A stretch of DNA of 64,000 nt, taken from NCBI RefSeq assembly GCF_006345805.1, contig NC_043011.1:61702464-61766463 (forward strand), read 5' to 3'. The notes beneath the pieces are model-generated. The model did no database searches. It worked only from the letters and a program-made list of their open reading frames with translations, and was not told the origin of the DNA. Shown one piece after another: positions 28,528 to 42,235 of this stretch (within the stretch, counting starts at the first letter, position 1; each line of letters begins with the position of its first letter). A program made the position numbers and the translations under genes. Origin of the DNA: Octopus sinensis. Taxonomy: Eukaryota.

Positions 28528-29427
28528 TATATAACAAAAATATCAAATGTCGACCACAATAGAAACCGGACTTTTAAAGAAATTATAACTGAAAAACCTA
28601 CGCCATATAACAACGTTAGTTTTGTGGATTGCTAAATAAAATGGGAATTTTTGAAATACATGCAAATTAAAGCTTTTGTGTTAGGCTTGCAATATATCGC
28701 ACGGTCAGTATTAGTGTGGCCTCCATGTGTATGACAAGCAAATTAACACAATGTAAAGATTGTAAACGATGTCATATTTTAAATTGGTTCTCATTTTATT
28801 AACAGGGGTTTTATCTAAATATATTGTTTCCAATTTAAGCAGAAGACCAACAGTTTGGGGGAAAGGTAGTGAGCTGATACCATCGATACCAATACTTTAC
28901 TGGTGTCTTTTGCCAGCATATGAAAAGAAGAAAAGTAAAGATGATCTCTACAGGATTTGAACTGAGATCGAAGGAGCCGGAACAAATAAGGCAAAGTATT
29001 TGTATCGATGCTCTACCGATTCCCCACGCATATCTCACAACTAATGAGTTTTGAGCATAAGGCGAGCAACTTCCTGGGAAGGTGGTTAGCCATATCGACC
29101 CCAGTACTTCACTGGTAATTTTTTATCAGCTTTAAAAGATGAAGGCTAAAATTGACTTCAGCAGGATTTCATCTCAGATCGCAAACAGCCGGAGCAAATA
29201 ACGCGAGGCCTTACTGATTCTGTCTGCTCAGCGTTCCGTATTTATAAATGATGGTTTCGTAATTACACACATTGCTAGTTGTTTTAAGAGAAGTGTGTTA
29301 ATCGATATTTTCCTCTGTTGGTTCTGTCGGCTTAGTGCCATACATTTCATAAGTACTGCAGATTTAACCAGCAGTGCTGACCGCCATTTTCTAGAATATT
29401 ATCAACTAATTTATGTTTAATTTCCAG

Positions 29428-29525
29428 TCGGTTATATGAATATATCGCTTGTGCCAGAAGGAAAGGACCTTGGTGGTGTCTTTCTGGATTTATGTTCGCT
29501 CTCAAAAGAGAAGAAATCTGTGAGG
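29428..29525 (+). CDS. Weak exon candidate (GYMNISLVPEGKDLGGVFLDLCSLSKEKKSVR or RLYEYIACARRKGPWWCLSGFMFALKREEICE)
   Basis: Acceptor tttaatttccag, donor GAGG|gtaagg; the minus strand is also open with a good acceptor, so strand is ambiguous. Confidence 0.2.
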
Positions 29526-29713
29526 GTAAGGTATAAGTCTTTTCTGTTTTTATTTTAGTTATTGTTACAAACATCTCATCGGAGGATTAATTTCCAAAGG
29601 ATAATGTTTTATTTTGTGAATTTATTTTGTGAATTTAGTCACCCGACTAGAGTCGGTTTTCCATTCATTTCAAATTAACAGAAATATGTCTTTCGTATAT
29701 ATACGCTATTTTG

Positions 29714-30485
<772 letters not shown>

Positions 30486-31155
30486 GCAGAACCTGTGGAG
30501 ATTCCATGGTTATTTTAAAAATTGCATGGTGAAATTATATTTTTCTGAAACATTTGATTCTTGAGATGTAAAAATCCACATAGGCAATGTTGAAGGGACA
30601 ATCAATCAGTCAATCTGTCTTTCCATCTGCGTAGCTATCTCATATCTAACTACTTACCTACTTATCTATCAATTTATCTATCAATCTATCTATCTATCCA
30701 TATATTTATCTAACTATCTATCTATTTATTTATCTATCTATTTATCTATCTATCTATCGAACTATTTATCTATCTATTTTACAAATTGTTGGAAAAATCT
30801 ATGCAACAATGAAAAGTTCATAGAAAATGCAAACTTCTGCACATCTTTTTCTTTTTCTTGGGAACCATAAAAAGAAGACATTTTGTGTGCTTCTGTGTGT
30901 GTATGGAGGGGTTGTATGTATATATGTGTGTTTATATATGTGTATGATATACATATTTAAAACTAATTAAACAACATATTTTACATCTGTTCTAGATATA
31001 ACAAAGAAAAAACATTTAGTGTTTCGGTGCGTTTAACGACTTCACACAGTATATTACTTGTGCTTTTTATATCGATTCTGGTGTAACGGAATTGAAAACC
31101 AATTGAAAAGAATATTCAAGGTGAGAACATGTATATATAAGGTATACTCAGTTTA

Positions 31156-31740
31156 CATTATTTACATTTTGTAGATATTTGTCCTCAGCTTATTTGTTGT
31201 TAACACAACGTTTCGGTTGATATACCCTCCAGCCTTCATCAAGTGTCTTGGGGAAATTTCGAACCTGGGTTCTCATTCCTAAGGTGTTTTCGATATTATT
31301 ATTATTATTAAAAGTATTATTATTATTATTATTATTAAGGTCACTGCCTGGAATCGAACTCGGAATCTTGGGGTTGGTAGCTCACGCTCTTAACCACTAC
31401 ACCATACGCCCGTGGGCAATTATGGAGTGAATTTTAGGGCAAATGGCGTAGTGATTAAGTGCACGGGCTACTAACACCAAGATTCCGAGTTCGATTCCAG
31501 GCAGCGACCTAAGTAAAAATAATAATAATAATAAAATATCTATAATAATTACAATAACAACAACAATAATAATAATAGCATTGAAAAATACCTTAGGAAT
31601 GAGAACTCAGTTTCGAAATTTCTCCAAGACACCTGATGAAGGCTGGAGGGTGTATCAACAAATAAGATAAGGACAAATATCCGTCAAATGTAAATAACGT
31701 AAATAATGTACATAATTCGTCATCTCTTAAATATAGACCT
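31156..31740. mobile_element. Palindromic non-autonomous element: two divergent tRNA-like heads, (AAT)n spacers, hammerhead motifs, 14-bp TSD
   Basis: The arms are reverse complements; direct repeat gtatactcagttta at 31142-31155 and 31741-31754; A/B boxes at ~31340-31410 (-) and ~31438-31510 (+). Confidence 0.8.
31202..31247 (-). ncRNA. Minimal type I hammerhead-like motif in the left arm (C3->T)
   Basis: GACAC-TTGATGA-AGG...CC-GAAAC-GTT-GTGTT. The right-arm copy at 31628 has an intact CTGATGA but has lost the 20-nt GAAAC segment. Confidence 0.6.
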
Positions 31741-32419
31741 GTATACTCAGTTTATCTTTTTTAATTGATATTTCATTTTTAAAGTTTATCATGTCTTCCT
31801 TTTAGTAGAACGCGGACGTAAAACATCAAAGTTCCGCTTCTAATGTGAGTAGCTCATGTGTCAGTAGAATATTATCGATTTAATATCGATATATCACTTA
31901 TATTTCACTCTACTGCCGCCGAGGAAGCGTTACTGTAATAGAAATATATTATTACTTTGATATCGATGATCAAAGACATGAATTTGTATTTCATAGGTAA
32001 AGTCTTTCCAAAGGTGGATTCTCTTGTCATAAACGACAGGTGAGGATACCACAACTACCTGCTGGAAAACCTGCACAGGTGATTTTTTTTATAGTGATCA
32101 GGTGTTTGTGCTGTACATAAGCTCACGCCCCCGCCCCTCAAATTGACACTGCGATCACGGAGCAACGTGAGATGAATGTTTTAATCGAGAACTCAACACC
32201 TGGTCTGGGAATTGAAACCACGATCTTGCAAACGTAAGCACGACTCCCTAACAACTAGGCTGCGCGCCTTCACTGTCTTCATTGTTGTAAACAACCCCAC
32301 TCATCTTGATAATACCAGGATACTACCAATGTGATAACCGGAAATTATTACTAATATTCTGTGGTAATATCAGTATAAAATAATAACTTTGTAATAAGAT
32401 TATATATCAGTAATAAGCT

Positions 32420-32660
32420 ATGGTGGAGGCGTGCGGCTTAGTGGTTAGGGTGTCAGCATCATGATCGTAAGAATGTGGTTTCGATTCCTGGACCGGGCGA
32501 CACGTTGTGTTCTTGAGCAAAACACTTCCTTTCACGTTGCTCCAGTCCACTCAGCTGGCAAAAATGAGTAACGCTGCGATGGACTGGCTGGGGAACACAT
32601 ACGCCATAGAAACCGGGAAACCGAGCCCATGAGCCTAGCTAGGCTTTAAAAGGGCGCATT
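32420..32660 (+). mobile_element. tRNA-head SINE; an inverted related copy lies at 32110-32275
   Basis: ggaggcg.g.ggcttagtggttaggg...gtttcgattcctggaccggg...ttgagcaaaacact. Confidence 0.75.
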
Positions 32661-33340
32661 TATTTATTTTTTTAATAACAGTTATGAGAGATCCGTGACA
32701 GCAACTGTGCTGTCAATCAAGCTGTTATATTACGATTGACAATATCCTTATTAATGTTAGCACAAATTTATATCAAACTCTCTTCACAACAATTACTTCG
32801 CTAACCATTGTATTTCTGTTCTTATTCCAGATCATGTTTCAATAATTAATTCTGAACCTGTGATTACGTCATATATTAGGAATATATATATATATGTAAA
32901 TATAAATGAAAATAAATGTTGCTATACTACATATGTGCTGTTTTATAGAAGTAGTTGAATGTGAAATATTGGCTTGAAAAATGTGGTGTATATTTACATG
33001 TATTTGTGCAAATAGTTCGAGAAATGTCTATAGATGTATTTTTGTATCTAAAAGTGAATTCCTAGGAATTCATCGGTCTGTGGGGAGCATTATGAAATAT
33101 AATATATATTACAATGCTTCCTATAGACGTACATTCATGCCAGTAGATTAAACGACTCGACACTCAAACACACGTATATATACATGCCCTCAATATAACT
33201 TCCAATATAAAATTATGGCTCGAAAAATGTGCTTCATTTCTAATGTTGACTAACGTAGGAGTCGGAGAAGTCACCTCTTTTATTGTATCTGCTAAATCAG
33301 CCAGCTCTGAGTAACTGCTTTAAAATGCCACACTACTCAC

Positions 33341-33434
33341 GTGAGTTTTCAGCCAATAACTTGTTCGTCCTACGTAATACGTTGGAATTCTTTCAGCCAT
33401 TGAGTTTTTCAGGAGTAAAATACCGGTGTAAAAC
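33341..33434 (-). CDS. Weak exon candidate (FYTGILLLKNSMAERIPTYYVGRTSYWLKTH), phase 2-0
   Basis: Acceptor tcttgcaacag, donor gtgagt; the donor is part of a palindrome (actcacgtgagt), so it works on both strands. Confidence 0.2.
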
Positions 33435-33689
33435 CTGTTGCAAGACAGAATTGCATTTCATGTGTTAGACATTTCGGAACGATTCTCAACTCCGTGTAAA
33501 AGGAGATCTGAGTATTGGTCTCTTATCCATCACGCGAATCTAACTACAATTGTGTACTGAGGTATAAAGAAATAGCTTTAAAAACAGTGACAGCATTAAG
33601 ATATTAGACTATGAATGATTAACCCGTGTATTTATACGATATTGCTGTTATATGAACACTCTAAAACACGTGAGACAGAAAGCAAATCA

Positions 33690-34140
33690 ACGCAAAGAAT
33701 TTTCAAAGGACAGTAGGGGTTGTCCTAATGAAAACTTTACACATTAGAAATAAAATCTGTTTTCCAAAGCAAACGTCAGGGGCCAATTCGATAATTTTAT
33801 GCCTATAACTTTGCTAAATTTAGATTTTAAGGTTTTGGCCAAGGTGCTGGCCAAGAGTTTGGTGCTTATTGTGGAGAAGATCGTCAATAATGCGCAGACA
33901 TGCTCTATTCCGAATAGATCTATCCACAACAGCTTCCGCCTCACGATCTATATGATAGAGAGGGTTGGGAAGGAACCTAAAAATGGGTGGGGCTCTGATC
34001 AATTTGGATCATTCAAAAGCTTTTGACAGGTTCGATTATCAAGTGTGCTCAGGGCGATGAAACCGTGCTACACGCACTCGTCCAGGGCCCGTGCATTACT
34101 GACCTGAGGAGATTTATCAAATAACTGTTATCACGTGTAG
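33690..34140 (+). mobile_element. Tx1/L1-like LINE ORF2 fragment with internal deletion
   Basis: PITLLNLDFKVLAKVLAK...AQTCSIPNRSIHNS (RT N-terminal part), then a jump to ETVLHALVQ, homologous to 62583-63638. Confidence 0.8.
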
Positions 34141-34382
34141 GAAAGTGACAGCAGAGAAGAAAGATCTACCCGCCCCCAGTAAATTCGTTGAAAGTTGGGT
34201 ACGTGTTGGGAGACTGGCCCGTGTGAATGGGTCTACTCTGAACTTTCGTTTGTAAACCGGAGGAGTTGAGAATTATTATTATTATTATTATTATTATTAT
34301 GATGATGATGATGATGACGATCATCATCATCATCATCAACATCATCATCATCATTATCATCATCATTATTATTATCATTATT

Positions 34383-34477
<95 letters not shown>

Positions 34478-34804
34478 CATTATAATAATATTATTATTAT
34501 TATTACCAACACAAAATATTTAGCGGCATTTCACCCGACTCTGCTCTCTGAAATCTAATTCTGCCCAGGTTGACTTCGTCTTTCATCATTTAGAGATCGA
34601 TAAAATAAGTATCAGATGAAAACTGGGGTCTATGTAATCGATGTATCCACTTCCATAAAATTGCATTTCATTCGTCCTTTCGCATTCAGTTCAAATCCTA
34701 CCGAGGTCAACTTTGCCTTTCATCCTTCCTGGGTCGATGAAATAAGTACCAGTTACATAATCGACTATCCCCCTCCCACAAATTTTAGGCCTTGTGCTCA
34801 TACT

Positions 34805-35417
34805 AAAAACGATTATTATTCTTTTCTACTCTAGGCACAAGGTCTGACATTTTGGGGATGGGGGTGAGTTGATTAGATCGATCCCTGTACGCAACTGGTA
34901 TTTAATTTATCGACCCCGAAAGGATGAAAGGCAAAGTCGACCTCGACGGAATTTGAACTCAGAACGTAACGGCAGACGAAATACGGCTAAGCATTTCGTC
35001 CAGCTTGCTAACGTTTCCGCCAGCTCGCCGCCTTAGAAAGGATTATTATCATTGTTGTTGTTGTTATGTTTTTCGTTCAGTCAGCATTTCATTGTTGTTA
35101 AGTGTCATTAAATCTTTACACTTAATTACACAGTTAAGACTCACGGACATCCCACGCACACAACCAAACTCGTCCCCAAGTCTAACTTGACTCAAAATTC
35201 AGATATTCAATAGAAATCCCTTTCTCGTGTTTCCACAACCAAAATTACAAAACAACATCAATATATTTATCATATTTTTATTTATGTATACATGTATTGA
35301 TTTTTTATTCTTCTTATTCAGAACTTCAGAATTGACATGAATATGAACTGTAATGAGAATAGAAAAGAATGCTTATTACATCTGTATTGGAGGGAATTAA
35401 GTTCACATTAACCAAAG
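34805..35417 (+). repeat. Local duplication, copy 1 (copy 2 at ~49225-49843)
   Basis: ~610 bp of SINE plus unique sequence, visibly about 95% identical, direct orientation. Confidence 0.9.
35322..35411 (+). CDS. Possible terminal exon NFRIDMNMNCNENRKECLLHLYWRELSSH* (duplicate at 49744-49836)
   Basis: Strong acceptor ttcttcttattcag; the only indel between copies in this segment is an in-frame CAA; homology ends ~7 nt after the stop. Confidence 0.25.
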   Translation, partial: NFRIDMNMNCNENRKECLLHLYWRELSSH

Positions 35418-35599
35418 AGGTTTTCTTAAGTTCTGATCGTTTTTAAGTTAAATCTTTTAACGTTTCGTGGAACGCGCCTGCAATGTAACGCAGTTAAAAC
35501 TTTAGCGTTGCTTGAAGGGGTAGGGCATCTTTTACTTCCTGACTAAAAATAGATTTATCTCTCATTCCGGTTACACTTTATTGACATTTGAAAAGGATA

Positions 35600-36072
35600 A
35601 CCAAAAATTTCATATTCGCGTTGTAATGCTTTTCTTTAAAAAAAAAACAAAAACAGAAAGTACTGCAAAGACTTTCAAAAATGTTTGTGAAGATTATAGC
35701 GATGATACTGAAGAGGAATCAACTGTTCGAAGGTGGTATGCAAGATGTAAAGCTTGAGAGTTTAGCTTGGAAGATGGTAGTCACAGTGGAACACATTCAA
35801 CACTGGATGAAGACGTTTTGAAGGAAAATTCTTTTATGCTTTTATTCTTTTACTTGTTTCAGTCATTTGACTGAGGCCATGCTGGAGCACTACCTTTTAG
35901 TAGAGCAAATCGACCCCAGGACTTATTCTTTGTAAGCCCAGTACTTATTCTATCGGACTGTTTTGCCGAACGGCTAAGTTACGGGGACGTAAACACACCA
36001 CCATCGGTTTTCAAGCGCTGTTAGGGGACAAATACAGACACACAAACATACATACACATACATACATACATG

Positions 36073-36114
<42 letters not shown>

Positions 36115-37060
36115 ACGGGCTTCATTCAGTTTCCATCTACCAAATCCACTCACAAGGCTTTCGTCGGTCCCATGCTATAGTAGAAGACACTTGCCCAAGG
36201 AGCCACGCAGAGTGACTGAACCCGGAGCAATGTGGTTGGTAAGCAATCTACTTACCACACAGCCACTCACTCCTGCGCCTATGTCAAAGAACATTCAAAT
36301 ATCATGACTAGAGCAGTTGCAGAGGAGTTAGGAGTTCCTAAAAGTACGGTTCATGAACATCTGGTGAAGCTAGGATGCATTTCTCGCTATAATGTATGGG
36401 TCTCTCACAAACTCTCAGAAAAGAATTCCTTCGACCGATATTCCGTCTGTGATATGCTTTTGAAACGGAATGAAAGCATGCTCTTTTTGAAACAACTTGT
36501 GGCTGAAGATGAAAAGTGTGTTGTGTTCAAAAACGTTGTTCGAAGCAGATTCTGGAGTTGCGTAAGGATCCCTCAAATCAGCAATTAAATACAAATATCC
36601 ATGCGAAAAGAGCATTATTTCAATGTGCTTCTCACACAAAACCAAACCATTATTTCTGGCGTGTAGTGTTGTCAGCTGGTTAATTCGAACCAAAAAATTC
36701 AAAGAATTGGGGCCGGTGATTTCCAACAGAAAAGGGGTAGGGTTCCAACAAATCAATGCATGACTATGTGTCTTTGACAACCCGAACAATGTTACATGAA
36801 CTTGGTTGAGATCTTTTACCCCATCCACCGTATTCTACAAATATTGCGCCACCCGACTACTGCTTTTTGTCTCTTCAGAACTCATTGTAAGGAAAAACAT
36901 TTAACGATTTACATGGAGTTAAAATGCCGATGGATAACTTTTTCCTTCGAAACCAATCAACCTTTATGCTGATTGAATAATTAAATTGCCTAAAATATGG
37001 GCAAAAATCATTAATAATAATGGAAATTATTTCATTCAAAGAACTTTAGTGAAAGGTCAA
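35600..37060 (+). mobile_element. Decayed mariner transposon interrupted by SINEs and microsatellite at ~35830-36285
   Basis: TVRRWYARCKA..SLED at ~35720-35780; WVSHKLSEK, LVAEDEKCVVF at 36390-36530; HPPYSTNIAPPDYCF at ~36820-36865. Confidence 0.8.
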
Positions 37061-37599
37061 TTATTTATTTGCCCCTGGGCTCTAAAATTATATTTTTAAC
37101 TCTTCTCTGCTAAACACATTTTTAACTCTCGTCTTCTACCTTCAACTAACTTTTTTAACCACTGAATAAATATTACGCCTCCCCCCCCTACTTCATATCA
37201 CGGATGCTTCAATTTTCCCTCTTTTTCCCTCACCCTCTTTTCCCTCACCCTCTGTTTCTTTCTACCTCTTTCTGTCTCACTCTCCCTCCTTTTCCTTTCT
37301 CCTCTCTTTCCCTTCAACTAATCATGTGAAAGCGTTACAATTACATTCCCTCTACCTCACGTCATGAACGCTTGTCTCCCTTTCTTTTTCTCTCTCCTTC
37401 CTTTTCTCTAATCACATGAAGGCGTTACCGACGGGCTAAGTAACGGAATAACAAACATAATTGTTATAAGATTTTGTTCTCATTGTCCTTCATACTTTCT
37501 ATGAATTTCTGAAAATATTTATTTGTACCTTTAAATTTCTATTTTTCTAGATTTAATATTCTTCATATTTTCTCGTCGCTATCAATCCCTATATTTCAT

Positions 37600-39090
37600 A
37601 AATATTGTATCTAAATAATTTTATTTGGTGTTTGTTGGTTATTATTATTGAAACAAAACTCAGATTTGGTTTTATTCCTTGTAGGATTTATGTGGGTAGC
37701 GGATTACTACCAGTAACCTTACGTATCCACACGTCTTCGGCAGTATTTCGAGTGCTTAGATCCCTTCTGGTAATCCTTCCTGTCCCTAACAAGCAAACGT
37801 TCTGTAAAAACTCGACCGGGCATTCTATTTCAATCTCCTTCAGTCGTTTGTCTATATTTTGGCTTACTTTTCCCAACGCACCAATTATTACAGGCACGGC
37901 ATTTACTGTTCCCTTGCTCCAAATTCTTACTATTTCAAATTTTCAGGGATTGTATTTTCTTTGTGTTTTCTTCCTCTTTCTTTACGATTTCGGTATGAAA
38001 CGAGCATGAAGAGTCGATAAGTAAGCAACTTCGCTTTTCCTTATCTATGATTGTAATATCTGGTCTATTACTTTCTAACATCTTGTCCATTTGAAGAGGG
38101 AAGTCCCACAAAATCTTACGTTTCTCCGACGCAAGCTGTTTCGACTCTTTCAACTCGCTTACAGTTCCATGTGTTTCCCGCTTCAAATCCCCATTTCTAG
38201 CAGTGTTTCTAGTATACATTTTACAACATGGCCGTGCCTCTATTTCTTATATTCTTCTTGTGCCAACTTGGGGCATTCTTCCACAAGGTGTGCCGCTGTC
38301 TCCTTCTAAGTTGCACAGGCTCTACATTTTCCTGACACATTCTCTCCATATATATTTTTCTCAAGTTGTTTGTTTTTATCTCTTGACCTCAGGCTGCTAC
38401 AATTAAGCTCATTGTTTCATTTTTAATTCACTCTTTTTAACCAAGCCCCAAATTTCCTTCCACATACATGTTCAGTGGATCTCCAAATTTGGCCATGCAG
38501 AAGTTTCTCATCTGTCTGTCTGATGTGCTATCTTTGTATTTCATTTTTGTCCTTTTCTCTTCTTACGCGCTTTATCGCTTGTTCTTTCTTAAATGCCGTT
38601 AGTAGATTTTTTGTGCGCTGCTTTATAAATCCTCTACTAGACATTTTCTTTCCATCTGTACACATTCTTCTACTGCTATTAAGCCTCTTCCACCCTGGTC
38701 GCGCCTCAATTACAGCCGCTTGATATCAGCTTTCAGATGGTGGATTTCATACATCGTCAACAACTTCCTAGTTTTTCTGTCAAGTTTCCTTTTTATTTCG
38801 TTTCTGCTCCATTCTATAATTCCAACTCCCTATTTGATTAAGAGTACTGCTCTTGAATTTATTGCTTCAATAAGAATTTCGGAATTCAGTTTTGACTGCA
38901 ATCATTTTCTGACTCTTCTTCTGTACTCTCTACCGGCAATTTCTTTCATTTCTTCATTTTTTATCCAATCTGCTTCAAGTATTCCCAAGTACATATACCT
39001 CTGTCCTTTCTCAACCGTTCTCATTCTTTGGCCATTTGACATTTCAATTCCCTGGATTCTTTCAAATCTTTTTCTTGTTATTAAATAAAA
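37600..39090 (-). mobile_element. Decayed R4/Dong-like LINE (end of RT through RLE)
   Basis: YMYLGILEADWIK..YRRRVRK (38902-39099), KILWDFPLQMD...NRPDITIIDK (37935-38219), PVIIGALG (37688-37897). Confidence 0.85.
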
Positions 39091-39158
39091 TTTTATCAAA
39101 CTACTTCTCTGTCATTTAAGACGTTATATACATATGGAGGAATGTGTATATCCTTACT

Positions 39159-40560
39159 TTACACCAAGGGTGTAGAAACTACATTACATTTAATAATAAA
39201 TATCTATGATATATTTTGTGGAAATAACCTACCTTACAGATATCTCAATAATAATTACCTCTTGGTATATATTAAAGATATTATTATGTTTCTTAACCCA
39301 GTCTAACTGTCAACTATCATTTAGACTAGGGTACGTCTAGACTGTACTAATAATATTCAACTGAAAACGTTGTGAAAATGAAGTACCAATAAAAAATACA
39401 AATGTATTTTCATAAATATTCTATATATACATCAATATATACTTTTGATTTAATATTCAATTCCTCCATCAGGCAAATAAGTATTTTATATCTAATAATA
39501 TGCTGCTTAATGTGGTAGAATAAAGCGAAACATCATGTTATCTTCTGTTTTTTATATATATTAGAATTGATATAAGATTAATTAATTTTAGGTTGATACT
39601 TCAGAAATGAATTAAACATTACCGAACTGTTTAGGGAGAAGTGAAAACACAAAGACCCTAGGGGTTGATGGAAGTTATTTTTCCATTCTACATTCGCATT
39701 CCTGCAAATCTGACAAATTCTCCTATAATGGTACTTCACGTTTTACATCAACCTGAAACTCTCTTTGTATTTACATTTGACCCAAACAATTTATATGAAA
39801 TAATAAAAACATGATACGCTAAGCAGATCTTTGATACTCCATCGTTTATATAAAAATTATTTGTACAGAAAATATTCTAATATTTTTAACCATTTAATTA
39901 TGAATTAATGGAAAGAGTCACATTTGTAGTAATTGAATTTCCATCATCATTAGCGTCATTAATTAAGCTCACTGATTCACGATTTCTCATTGTTGTTTGC
40001 AAAGAAACAAAAATCTCTTACAAGAACAGAAGTAACCCGAACTGTAATGGGAATGCAGCGCCTCAATACACAGTTCATCTTTATTCTTCTCAGCACATAT
40101 TTTATACATTAATATACGTCTGCAAGACAAGCAGAATTCGGTCGATACAATTAGTTCATAAAATGTTTACCATTTGAAAATGTATGACGTTATATGTTTG
40201 ATGTTCGTGGGTAAATTTGCAGTTCTTTGCTTTATTATATCTGATCGTGTGTTTAATGATCAAATTCACTTACAATCTGACCAGCAAATTATAGCAGTGT
40301 ACTCAATAAAGAATTATTAGTTTTAAGGATTTTATTGTGCACTTGATTATTTAGAAAATGTTACTTTAATATTAAATGAGAAATAATAATAGTTGGAATA
40401 AAAGGATACGTACGAGCAGAAAATTTGATTGTGATCATCAAAATGAAAGTTTTTCCTAGCTTCTGGGCAATTTCTTGCATCCATGCATTCGCTGATGCGA
40501 GGAAACGCTGCAAATTAAAAATTATTATTTCATATTCTTTCTAGACTGAATAAATAAGAA
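39159..40560 (+). repeat. Local duplication, copy 1 (copy 2 at ~58180-60490, interrupted by an insertion at 59131-~60085)
   Basis: Collinear similarity over ~1.4 kb; near identity at 39262-39530 vs 58281-58549, roughly 80% by eye elsewhere. Confidence 0.9.
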
Positions 40561-42235
40561 GAAATATACTATAAACTACGCTCGATATCAGCTAGAAATT
40601 ATCAGTGTCATTGTCAATTTCGTACTGTCGGATTAACAGAATTGTGATAGCAACAGAAAAAATGCTTCTGATAGTTCTTCTCGCTCTTTACGTTCCAAGT
40701 TCACATTCTGCTAATGCCGTATTTGCTTTCCATCCATCCGAGGTCACAAAATTAAAATATTCCTCAGGTATTAGGGTGAATAGTAACATGTACCCATTTC
40801 CCATCAAAACTAATATTCTTGGACCTAAATTAGAATCGTTTCTTACAATGAGGTGATCGTGCCATGTTTTAAAATTAGCAAATTAGGTGCGTCTACAAAT
40901 AGAGAGATGTTTTGATATTACCAAATGACTCTTATGTTAACAATCATTTTATGTTCATGTTGCAGAAATCACAGAATGGTGCCTCACTGCAATTATGACT
41001 GTAATACACAACCGAAAGTCTTCTCATTTATTGACTATTGATATGTATTCACAACGTACTAACGTCTGATGATATATTGTTATATATTGTTTATCTTAAA
41101 ACATTTCCCATTTGCTACAACTGTAAATTCCAAAATGAATTATGATAAATAACGCAGACTCGATATCGTCAGAGTATTAGTGTGTGACATGCATCGTACT
41201 TCTCAAAATATTCGAAGAAGATCATACTTGAACACCATTTCGTTTGCGTCTCTTACAAGCTCTTAGATGTACCTGTGAAACTAATTCAGCCCCAAGACAC
41301 ATTGGTAATGCTTTGAATAATTCAGGTGAACGTATCAATCATTGACTTAAAGCAAATTCTGAACTAATTTGGACACAAAACTGGTTTTAGCGCCAGATAG
41401 AAAGACATCACAGTTCTTTCTCACATTACACTGAAAAAATAGTATACAACCTGTGGCTATGTAAGCCATAGGCAAATACACAGACAAATAATATGGCATA
41501 TATTCCAAACTAGTATACGCCAATCGTCAGAAACTGACGTCTGTTTTATTTCTGACGCATCCATTTAAAAGAATGGGAAAAATATTGCTAAATTCTCTAC
41601 CCTAAATTTCAATGCATTTTCTTTAGCAAGAACAGTTCGTAAATATAACGGATATTTCTACGGCAATGAAAGATGTACATCGAATTTTCCAACATTGACA
41701 CGTATATGATTTATATACAAGTAGGGTAAAATCTGTCTTTAAATATACAAAAATGTATCTCACATATAGAACAAAATTCAAATTTTGTTTTCGGAGTAGC
41801 ACAATAATGCGATCATTATCAAAATCGCATACTTCCAAATTAGTTTTGGAAATGAAGGGAGTAAATGACCGTGATGATCAGAAAATAGTGCGAAAGATCG
41901 ATATGTGACATAGTTGCTCCCTTCTGGCGCGGTTTCCGCTTTCCAACGTTTTGGCCGTAAGCTACGACGGGGAACGACATCCATGACCTCGACCTCTTAT
42001 TTATTATAATGGTACACGCGCAAACATCAAATGCACATAAACATACACCAGATACGAGCACACGCAAACACTTATCAGATACATAAACACACACACACAG
42101 ATATATGCACACGCGCACACTCATACCAGTTGTGCATACAGACACAAGGGAGAAATGTGAATGAATGCGCGTATGTGTGTTTGGGTGTGTGTGTATATGC
42201 GTTTGTGTGTGTATGCGTATGTGTGCATATATATA

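Noticed and set aside
31338-31510. tRNA-like sequences as functional tRNA genes (also the heads at 13290-13350 and 43626-43700)
   Set aside because: The two arm copies differ in the anticodon loop, acceptor stems do not pair properly, and they are fused to repeat bodies; they are SINE-type heads.
37400-37450. Hammerhead-like catgaaggcgttac...gtaacggaa
   Set aside because: The core is too degenerate and neither stem I nor stem III could be identified.
41257-41272. 16-nt minus-strand micro-exon linking G2 exon 2 to 33341-33434
   Set aside because: Phase compatibility alone is weak evidence at this density of chance splice sites.
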